A DNA stretch of 56,803 nucleotides. It comes from Prorocentrum cordatum. Lineage: Eukaryota. Position 1 is the first letter of the stretch, and the number at the start of each line of letters is the position of its first letter. The notes under the pieces were generated by a model. That model did no database searches and was not told the origin of the DNA. It worked only from the letters and a program-made list of their open reading frames with translations. Location: the NCBI GenBank assembly GCA_963575745.1, contig CAUYUJ010000065.1:62001-118803 (forward strand). Reading direction: 5' to 3'. Shown one piece after another: positions 46,368 through 56,803 of the stretch. A program made the position numbers and the translations under genes.

Positions 46368-49300
46368 TGACTGTTCCCAAGGCAAGCGCCCGTGAAACGC
46401 CCTTTCTCGAGTTTCTAGAGGACGAGAGGCAGATGCCGTCGCGCGTTCACTTGATCGATTCTTTCATCAGTGCCGACCAACGCGTTGGCGAGCCGTTCGC
46501 AGTTTTTGAAGTATCCCGGCTGGAAGCACCGTCAGTCGGTCATCTCGAATTTTCGACTACCCGACGCAATTCTGTCCAGGGCCGTTGGGATGTTCTTCGA
46601 ATTGCCGCTACCTTATTACAGCTGCTGGCCGGTTTAATGTTGCGAAGTCAACCGCAGTATGCCGATTTCGTCGAATTAATAACCTTGGTGGGACACATAC
46701 TGGAACGCACCCTTGGGAACTTCGGGAGCGCTTTCGGGCGAGGACGTGGCAGTGGACGAAAACGTAATGCACGCTGGCGCGTGCATGACACGCAACGGGT
46801 GCCAATCTGTATTTAGGAATGGGCAGGTCCAATCGTTATTGTGATCTGCGTGCGGAAGCGTACCCCGCCCAGCGATGCCCGGCGACGCCCCCCGTCTGTG
46901 CAAAGTTAGGGAACGCGCGGCCCGACGACTGGGTCGCCCAAACCTGCCGCAGCTCCTTGGGGCGATGCCGCGGTATCTCGCGGTCCCCCAGAAGTGCCGG
47001 TAGAGTCTGGCACAGACGCCGATGCCATATTCTCTGACGGCATGGATGACACCAGTGGGTCAGATATTTATCGGTCGAATCTGCGGAACATTTGTGTTTA
47101 GTAGCTCATCGTGCAAGGGGGCAATGGCACCGATTCGTGATGAAGTTTGCGCGTGGGGTTCGGCGAAGGATCGGGCGGAGCCCAGGTGGCAAGTGGAAAC
47201 GGATGGGTGGTAAACATCGAATGCGTGGAAGTGGTATTGCAGCATGTGTTGCAAGCTTGCGCCGAAACGGTCACGGCGAAATGATGCGCTATGGAGCTGG
47301 GAAGCGTCAGGAACGCAGCGGATATAGGCAAGGGCCGCAGCGGGCAGCCCGAGAAGTGTGATTGCAGTAGCGCCATGGGGTGGCATCTCTGAAGAACCTT
47401 CGACGAATCGCCGTGGCGCGGCGTTGGCGAGGTTACCTTTTAGGGAGGAAGCGACGACGACGCGGGCGATCTTGGCGCCGACCTTTGGGCCCCTTTGGGG
47501 CGCACTTGCGGCTCCAGCGACGTGGGGGATTTGCGGCGTCGCTTGGGCCGCCAGTGGGGTCCAATTCTACCTCCTCAGGATTGCTATCCGACAGACTGGA
47601 TGCCCTGCGAGTTGCCAGCCGGGGAATGACGGGCGATGAGATGGCGCAGACTGAAGTAGACGTGGTGCTGCTGGGCGGCGCCGATGTCTGCGGCGCAGCC
47701 GGCTGTTCCGATCCAAATGCCATCTCCACCTCCAACGCATCCTCCACCTGGCGCGCAGGAGAACCCGCTATCGATGGTCTGCGGCCGACGCGCCGTCATC
47801 GACGACGGGGGCGGCGACGCTCGCGTGGGCCCTGTGAGCGCGACCACCTTCGCGATGCGCGGCGACGGGGCTCTCGACGATGGTCTCCGAGCCGCGCGGC
47901 CGAGGCCGCCGAGTGCGCGCCCTCGAGGCTGCCGCCAGCCGGCCAGCCCGACGTCGGGCGGGCCGGGCGAGCAGGCGGCGCGAGGCGCCGGCACGTGCGT
48001 GGATGGGGCCGCAGACAAGCTGGACCAACAGAAAAAAACAAATATCATTGACGACTTCCAGCCAAGAACAGCGGCAGGAGAGCCGGCGGCGACGCCCTGC
48101 GCTCCAGGGCGAACGCGGCGCCGACAGGGTCGCGATTCCACGAGACTCTGACCGCGACCACCCCCCGCGCGCCGAGCTGCCCGCAGCGACGGTGAAGTCT
48201 ATCTCAATGGTCGACGCCCCGGCGGACGACTCCCGCCAGCAATCGACGCAACGGCTTCGCCCCAATCGGAGTGCGAGAACGCGCCGTGTCCGAGGGCGCC
48301 AGAATCCGATAGGGGGCGGGGGCCTCGTCGCGAGTGCCGACGCCGCCTCCAGCGTTTCTATGGCCGGCCTTGGCGCCGCTTCCAGCGCCGCCGGTTTCTG
48401 CGGGGTCGGCGAGCGTCGAGGGTGAGGCTAGGGCCGAAATCGACCTAGGCCTTCGGTCGAGCGAGAGTCTACAAGCCAGAAGAACCGCGCGCCGCCAGCG
48501 ACTAAGCATGTCCGCGTCGGCGAAATGAAGGGCAGTTCATCGTCGCGACAATTTCTGCGGGGATCTGCGCCCGAGCGGGGCTCGCGCGGGGGGCGGAGGG
48601 CAAGATTGGGGGGCCTGAGCAACGATCGCCGCTCCCGGGCCCCCGTGGCGAAAATCCGGCGCGGGGCGCAGCTGCCATTGTCGTGGGCGGCGAGGCAGCT
48701 CGCGAAGCGCAAACCACTGCTTCGTCATCGTCCGCGCAGTGAAGCAGCCCGCTTGCCATGCATCGGAGGGCCCGCCGCGGGGGGAGCTGTCGCTCGGCTG
48801 ATCCGTATCCGTCGGCAGGCCCGGAACGGAAGATCTTCGAGTTGGCGGCGCAACATCGGGCCGCCATCGCCAAACAGACGGAAGCAAAAACGCATCGCGT
48901 CGTGTAGATCGAGGTGCAATGGGGGGCCGGGCGTGGAATTGCCCCCCAGGTCGCGCGGGCCCTCCGCCCGCGCGACTGCGCGAGAGCTCGCGCCTCGACG
49001 TCAGGGCGCCCCCGCCGGTCAAGCAGGCGCGCCGAGCATCCTCGCGCAGCGCGAGGACATTGCTTCGAGGTGCGCCGTCGAGGATGCAGCCGCGCGACCA
49101 GTCAGCGCTGCCGAAGTCACCGCTGGCGCAGCCAGAACGACCGCCGACTTCATTAATGCCGCCAGTGATCTCAGGTGCGAAGCACCGCTGCCAGAGCACA
49201 TGGGGCCGCCGCCAGAAATCGGCAACGATGGGTCCAAGTTGGCCCTTCGAATCTCGACCGCCCGTGGCAGGTCTACCTCGCGGGCCCAGACCAAGAAAGG

Positions 49301-52240
49301 AGAAAACCGCGGGGGTGATTTGGGCGCGAGATTCGCAGGATTGACCCTGTGAGGGGCGACGTGTGGCCAGGCCCGATCGCTTTGCGAATGGCACAACGTC
49401 TCCAAGCCCATCTAAATTGCAAGAGGACGCGTCCCGACATGTGCGAGGGTCTTACGACGCGAGCCTTGAAATATTAGGGATTCAGCATGTTGGGCCGTTT
49501 GAGCGCGCGCGACGGGTGGTTCGAATGCATGGCCACAAGCAGAACTTCGTGCCATTCCCGTGCAGGAGCTTCACGCGCACGTGCCGGGACGTGCCTTTCG
49601 AAGACCTGACGTGGACGCTATGGGCCATTGCCTAGATGCGCGACCGCAGCGGCAGCATCCAGTCTCGCTTCCAGCTCGAGGTCCAGGGGGTCGATCGCGC
49701 TGGCCTGCAGAAGCTGTGCGCGCGGGCTGCTCCAGGGCGCGCTGGGGGGCTCCCAGCGCCAGAACATGTCTGTTCGCTTGTCTGTGCAACCTGGCGCCAA
49801 AAAACGCGCGAATGATGTGTCCCGTGTGCTCTGCGCATTGCGCGGCGTGGGGGCTCCTGCCTTCTATCTTCGACGTGGGCGCGCCCCTGTCGGCCCGGAC
49901 TCACCGTGGGGGCGGTTGGCCATGGAGTATTACTGATGCGCGGGTGCGCTTCTCCGCCGCGGGGCCCGCAGCTTCCGTGGGGATTTCGTGGGGGCTCTGT
50001 CTGGTTTTCGAGAAGCTCCACAGAGATGGGCGAACCGTCCGCAGACGTGCAAATCATGCGTGTTCGCTCGCGGATTCAGAGGCGCCGTTCGCCCCGATAT
50101 TCGGATCGAGTCCTCCGTCGCGGCGCGTGCCATGTGTGGCGGGCTCTGGGCGACGGGCTGACGGGGCATCGCGCGCGCTCTAGCGCGGGCGACTTCCGAC
50201 CGGGCTTTTGGCGCCAGATGCTGGTTCGCCGGAGCGGCGGCGACGGGGCGGGGGGGCTCGCTGACAGACGCCGCGTCGAGCTGGCCGCAGGAGTGTATGA
50301 CTCGTCTTATCGCGCCCCTTTGCGGCGCGCGGGTTCTCCGAGCGCTGCCCGGGTTCGCCCGCTGCGACGCGGGGCGCCGCTGCCCCCGGTTTCTAAGTGC
50401 GGGGGCGGGCGCGGGGGGCGCCCCGCGGGCGCCCCTGCTGAAGGCGCGCCGCGCGACGCGAAACAGTGTTCTCCAACCTGCGAGCTCCGACCAATCATTC
50501 GAGATCTGAAACGATTTCTTGATGGCGAAGCACGTGGGGTCATCGGCGCGGCGGGTCTGGGGGCGGGCATGTCGGTTCTTCTGTGGGGCGAGTTGAGTGG
50601 GGGACTGGAAGCTTGTAAGTGCAGCGAATGCGCGTGCAAAAACGGTTCCTAGAGGTATTCTTAAACGGCAGACGGTGGTCTACAATGGACCAGGGCGAAA
50701 ACTGCAAACAGTTGCGGCCCGTCATTCACCCGGATTTCACATTTGCAAGGCTGGGTGGCGAAGTGTCCCACGTGGTGTCCGATATGTTCGTGAGTCTACG
50801 AGGTGCCGTGGCATCTGCCCTACTTGCCCAGGTAGGGCCCATGGTGAATGTTGTATCTCTCCAACGGATATAAGAGCTCAGTAACTTACGCATTAGGGGG
50901 CTTGGCTCTGTTGCGAGGGAATTCATTTGCAGACGCGAGGAAACAATCCTCCTTGCGATGCAACCAACTCCAGCCAGCTGGGGAATTAGACATTCGTGGC
51001 GAGAGGGGGTGCCGAACACTGGTTGGTTAAAAGGATGGCTGAGAGAAGGATGTGCCCAAGCATGGGCTCGGTGTGCATGTGGCAGGCGGTCTCTGTAAAT
51101 CTCCTAGTCTACAGGTACGACCCACTTTCGCAGCATAAGCACGTGTGGCAACGCGCGACCTGAGCGAATGCCATCCGACCTTGAGCACTCCGCGCGAGCT
51201 CAAGGCAGGACCTTTGACGCACATGCTCTTCGCGACTTTTGCGAACTAGAGTGACTAGCTTTCAAACTATGACTGACGATCGATGTGGAACCGCTTTGTA
51301 CGTCATGGTCAAGTACGGATCTCAAACTACCGACCGAAGGTGCGCTACGATACATAAAATGATGGAAGTTGGTATTGTGCACGACCCGCTGTGGTCTGCG
51401 TGACGTGACTCGGACGGGCATGCACAAGCAACTATGGATGGGGAATTGCCATTTGAAGTGATGTCGGGTAAATAGACATTTCAGCATGACGTGAGAACGT
51501 TTTGCTCATTCAGAGGTGTCCGGGCAGCACCCGTAGCTAATGTGACGTTTTGACGGCACCGAAAGAGGCCAGCATAAGTTGCAACAACATTGACATCATA
51601 CTTTTGCTTTGTGACTAGGGTCTTGGGGCGATGGTCTGTCATCTTTTATTTGCTTGCCAAATGTGCGCTCGCAGTGTACGCGAAGAGGTGCCAACGCAGC
51701 AGTGAGAATTTCTCTTGCCTCTGGCCAGGCGGAAAGAGAGAAAGAGAGAGAGAGAGAGAGAAACATCAAAGAGAGAGAGAGAGAGATAAGGCACGGAAGC
51801 CATGCTATAATGCTCCCGTTTGAGTGGGCACATTCTCAGTGCTTTTGCTGTCTACGCAGTGTAACCCAGTGCGACAAATCGTCATCGTGTGTTTGCTCAG
51901 TGCGTCTTGTACTTTTCGCTGCGCGTGTCAGGTTTTCCTGCGGCCGCTTGCCTTTGCATGCGCCTTCGCATTACCGTTGCTGTTTTGTATGTAAATTGCG
52001 AGCGGATATGAAACACATCCTGTTGCCCCCTTCCGACCTTACGGGGGTGTCACCAGGGGCTCAGGCTAGTGTCTCCTCCCATCAGCTGCCGTTTGGGCTC
52101 GTGTGCGTATGGGAACGTGCGCCCTGTTTGCTGATATACTCTTGTACATCCCATTTGCGACGGGTGTAGCTCTTTTCCTCTTATTTCGCAACCGTCAGAC
52201 TTATACTCGGAAGCCCAGGAGGACCACTTTCGATTAACTA

Positions 52241-52299
52241 GGGGAGGCGGGGGAGGAAGAGGAGGAGGAGGAGGAGGAGGAGGAGGAGGAGGAGGAGGA

Positions 52300-52331
<32 letters not shown>

Positions 52332-54268
52332 AGGAGGAGGAGGAGGAAGAGGAGGAGGAGGAGAGGAGGAGGAGGAGGACGAGAGGACGGATGGAGGAGG
52401 AGGACGAAAAGGGAGGAAGAGGAGGAGGAGGAGGAGGTAGGCGGATGAGGAGGAGGAGGAGGAGGATGAGGAGGAAGATGAGGAGGAGGAGGGAGGAGGA
52501 GGAGGAGGAAGGGGAGGAGGAGGACGAGGAGGAGGAGGAGGAGGCGGATGAGGAGGAGGAGGAGGATGAGGAGGAGGAGGAGGAGGAGGAGGAGGAGGGA
52601 GGAGGAGGAGGCTGAGGAGGTGGAGGAGGAGGAATAAGAGGAAGAGGACTACGAGGAGGAGGAGGAGGAGGAATACGAGGAGGAGGAGGAGGAGAACGAG
52701 GAGGAGGAGGAGGAGGAGGAGGAGGAGGAGGAAAAGGAGGAGGAGGAGGAGGAGGAGGAGGAGGAGGGTGAGGAAACGGAGGAGGAGGAGGAAGAGGAGG
52801 AATACGAGAAGGAGGGGGAGGAGGAGGAATAGGAGGAACATGAGGAATAGCATTTGGAATTCTATTGTTCCTAATATTATTAAGAACAGTTGTAGTACGA
52901 AGACGAACATTGCGAATATAACGATTAGTAAGAATATGCAGCAACACATCAATACTAATACTACTATCAATGATCATAATAGCAATACTGATCGTATTAA
53001 TACTAATGCTAAACATTAATTCTAAGACGCATAATGCGAATACTACGCAGCTAAGGAGACTAATACTAATACGGGTAATAATGTTAATGCTAATAAAACC
53101 AATCTTAAGAAGACGACTAGGGAGAGGAGACGGATGATGAGGAGGAGGAGGGCGAGGAGGAGGAGGAGGAAGAGGAGGAGGAGGAGGAACAGGAGTAGGA
53201 GCAGATGGAGGAACACGAGGAGGAGGATGAGGAGAAGGATGAGAGGGGGGAGGAGGAGGAGGAGGAGGAGGAGGAGGAGGAGGATGAGGAGGAGGAGCAG
53301 GAGGAGGAGGAGGAGGAGGAAGAGGAGAAGGGGGGATGAATGAGGAGGAATGAGGAGGAATGAGGTCCACAGCGCCGCCTTCAAAAGAGAAAGCTGCGGA
53401 TGATGAGATGGAGAGGAGACGGATGAGGAGACGGATGAGGAGGAGGAGAGACGGAAGACGAGAAAAAGGAAGAGGAGACGGATGGGGAGGAGGAGGAGGA
53501 GGAGGAGGAGGAGGAGGAGGAGGAGGAGAGAAGAGGAGGAGGAGGCGGAGGAGGAGGAGAGGAGAGGAGGAGGAGGAGGAAGGGGATGAGGAGGAGGATG
53601 AGGAGGAGGAGGAGGAGGAGGAGGAGGAGGAAGGGGAGGAGGAGGGGGAGGAGGAGGAGAAGGATGAGGAACAGCAGCAGGAGGATGATGAGGAGGCGCA
53701 GGAGGAAGGGGAGGAGGAGGAGGAGGAGGAGGAAGAAGTGGAGGAAAAATAGGATGAGGAGGAGGAGGGGAGGGTGATGATGATGATGATGATGATGATG
53801 AGGATGATGATGATGACGATGATGATAATGATCATTCTGATGATGATGCTGATGATGCTGATGCTGATGATGATGCTGGTGATTATGATGATGACGATGA
53901 TGATGCTGATGACGATGATGACGATGATGATGATGCTGATGATGCTGATGATGATGATGCTGATGGGGAGGGAGGATGAGGAAGAGGAGGAGGATGAGGA
54001 TGAGGAGGAAGAGGAGGAGGATGTGGAGGAGGAGGGAGGATGAGGAGAAGGAGGAAGAGGAGGAAGGGGAGAAGGAGGATGAGGAGGATGAGGAGGATGA
54101 GGATGAGGAGGATGCGGAGGAGGAGGAGTAGGAGGAGGAGGAGGAGGAAAAGGAGGAAAAAGGAGGGAGAGGGGGAGGGGGAGCAGGAGGAGATGGAGTA
54201 GGCGGAAGAGGACGAGGAGGAGGAGGAAGAGGAGGAGGAAGGAGGAGGAGGAGGAAAAGGAGGAGGAT

Positions 54269-54322
<54 letters not shown>

Positions 54323-54596
54323 GTGCTGATGCTGATGCTGATGCTGATTCTGATGCTGATGATGTTGATGACGATTGTGAGATGATGCTGATGCTGATGA
54401 TGATGAATATGATGATGCTGATGATGATTCTTATTGTTGTTAGTTTTAGTATTATTATTCTTACTAGTATTAGCACTATTGTTTGTATTGCTTGCTGCTA
54501 TTATATTTATTCACAATAGTCTTACTATTCTTATGGTGCTGCTGCCTGTGCTGATGATGATGATGACGGCGATGATGATGATGATGATGATGATGC

Positions 54597-54673
<77 letters not shown>

Positions 54674-54674
54674 C

Positions 54675-54764
<90 letters not shown>

Positions 54765-54782
54765 ATGATGATAATGATGATA

Positions 54783-54822
<40 letters not shown>

Positions 54823-54836
54823 CGATGATGATGCTT

Positions 54837-54882
<46 letters not shown>

Positions 54883-54936
54883 GATATGACAATGATGATC
54901 ATATGATGATGATGATCTGATGATGATGATGATGAT

Positions 54937-54970
<34 letters not shown>

Positions 54971-55043
54971 AATGATGAGGGATGAGTATGAGGATGAGGA
55001 TGCGGATGAGATGAGGATGAGGATGAGGATGATGATGATGATG

Positions 55044-55081
<38 letters not shown>

Positions 55082-55121
55082 TGGATGGTTGTTGATGATG
55101 ATGATATTGATGATGATGGAT

Positions 55122-55155
<34 letters not shown>

Positions 55156-55560
55156 TTGAATGATGATGGTGATGATGATGATGATGATGATGAGGAGGAG
55201 GAGGAGGAGGAGGAGGAGGAGAGGAGGTAGGAGGAGGAGGAGGAGGAGGAGGAGGAGCAGGAGGAGGAAGGAGGAGGGAGGAGAGGAGAAGGAGGAGGAG
55301 GAAGGAGATGAGATAAAAAGAGGAGGAGGAGCAGCAGGAGGAGCAGCGGAGGAGGAGGAGGAGGAGGGGAGGAGGAGGAGGAGGAGGAGGAGGAGGAGGA
55401 GGAGGAGGAAGGAGCACAGCAGGAGTTGCAGCAGGAGGAGGAGGATGATGAGGGGGAGGAAATGGATGAGGTAGGAGGGGAGGAGGAAAAGGGGAGGAGG
55501 GAGGACGGGGTGGGAGAGGAGGAGGAGGAGGGAGGAGGTGGGCAGGGAAGGGAACGCGGA
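52241..55560 (+). repeat. Compound GAG/AAT/GAT microsatellite
   Basis: Directly visible. Confidence 0.95.
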
Positions 55561-55593
55561 GGAGGGGAACGGGTTGAAGGATACGTAGCCGAG

Positions 55594-55635
55594 GTGCTCG
55601 CCGCGCGGCGGGACCGGCAGCAGCAGCAGAAGCAG
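55594..55635 (+). CDS. Candidate third micro-exon (kinase spacer region): VLAARRDRQQQQKQ
   Basis: agccgAG|gtg ctc gcc gcg cgg cgg gac cgg cag cag cag cag aag cag|GCgccc. Same AGCCGAG|GT acceptor context as the exon at 35165, and phase 0 matches its donor. Confidence 0.45.
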
Positions 55636-55767
55636 GCGCCCTGCCCCCCGCGCACGCCCAAGCGCCCGGTCGGCCGCAGCAGCGCCGCCTTCTTCGCCGT
55701 CGCCGTCATCGTCGCTGTCGCCGTTACCATTGTCGTGGTCGCCGCCGCCGTCGCCGTCCCAGGAGCA

Positions 55768-55814
55768 AAGATGATGATGACGATGATGATGCTGATGATG
55801 ATGATGCTGATGAC

Positions 55815-55854
<40 letters not shown>

Positions 55855-55855
55855 C

Positions 55856-55901
<46 letters not shown>

Positions 55902-55916
55902 AGTGATGATGATGAC

Positions 55917-55964
<48 letters not shown>

Positions 55965-55979
55965 AGTGATGATGATGAC

Positions 55980-56010
<31 letters not shown>

Positions 56011-56059
56011 GTGATGGGGATGGTGATGATGCTGGTGAAGATGATGGTGATGGTGATGG

Positions 56060-56097
<38 letters not shown>

Positions 56098-56455
56098 CTT
56101 CAAATTGGCTTGCCCTATAGGAGTTCCAACTCAAACCCTACTAATTTGTCCGTTGCCCTCCCTAATTCCTATGCCCCCCTCCCTAATTCTTATGCCTATG
56201 CCTCTGCCTATGCCTATGCCTCCCCCGTAACTCCTATGCCTACGCCTTTCGTCCTCCTCCCATCCTCCTCTCTTCCTCTTCCTGTCCTCCTATCTACTTG
56301 GAGTCAACGCAGGCTGATATGATGATGATGATGATGAGGATGAGGATGTTGATGAGGATGAGGATGACGATGAGCATGATGAGGATGAAAGTGAGGACGA
56401 GGATGACGAGTATGATGAAGATGATGATGATGATGATCCAGTAGTAGTAGCAGAC

Positions 56456-56495
<40 letters not shown>

Positions 56496-56584
56496 CAGCA
56501 GCAGTAGTAGTAGTAGTAGTAGAAGAAGAAGACCTAGTAGTAGTAGTAGTAGTAGTAGTAGTAGCAGTAGCCGTAGTGGCAGTG

Positions 56585-56621
<37 letters not shown>

Positions 56622-56704
56622 TCGTAGTTCTTCTCGTAGTAGTAGTAGTAGTAGTGGTAGTAGTAGTCGTAATTGTAGTCGTAGTAGTAGTAGTAGTAGT
56701 AGTC

Positions 56705-56757
<53 letters not shown>

Positions 56758-56803
56758 CGTAGTAGTATTAGTAGTAGTCGTCGTAGTAGTAGTCGTCGTA
56801 GCA
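55768..56803 (+). repeat. (GAT)n, short TATGCC repeats, then (TAG)n to the window end
   Basis: Directly visible. Confidence 0.93.

Noticed and set aside
47380..50652. Multiple 200-285-aa overlapping Arg/Ala/Pro-rich ORFs
   Set aside because: Expected by chance at this GC content on both strands, with no recognisable motifs; kept only as part of the unexplained island.

Overview
Eukaryotic, repeat-dominated DNA, almost certainly from a dinoflagellate: an exact 22-nt dinoflagellate spliced leader (ACCGTAGCCATTTTGGCTCAAG) lies at 9950-9971, and the candidate exons are tiny with GC/GT donors. Roughly half the window is degenerate trinucleotide microsatellite (GAG, GAT/GCT, AAT/AAG/ACT, GGT, GTC, TAG) plus several minisatellites, so most ORFs in the track are artefacts. 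The supportable content is: (1) an uninterrupted 570-codon membrane-protein ORF, possibly prominin-like, at the left edge; (2) a full-length but decayed APE-RT-RNase H LINE (9950-16037) whose 5' end is the complete spliced leader; (3) 42-54-nt micro-exons of an SRPK-like kinase (IIHTDLKPENVL) that the ORF track misses or misreads; (4) a 5'-truncated minus-strand LINE inserted in a 60-bp satellite; (5) a Copia-order LTR element (134-bp LTRs, AGTCC TSD) with a cytosine-5 methyltransferase-like domain between protease and integrase, and with RT/RNase H apparently replaced by a host-like fragment; (6) several non-autonomous, MITE-like or satellite-bearing modules; (7) two unexplained unique islands. 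There is a 100-N scaffold gap at 26101-26200. All protein calls come from motif recognition by eye, not database searches.
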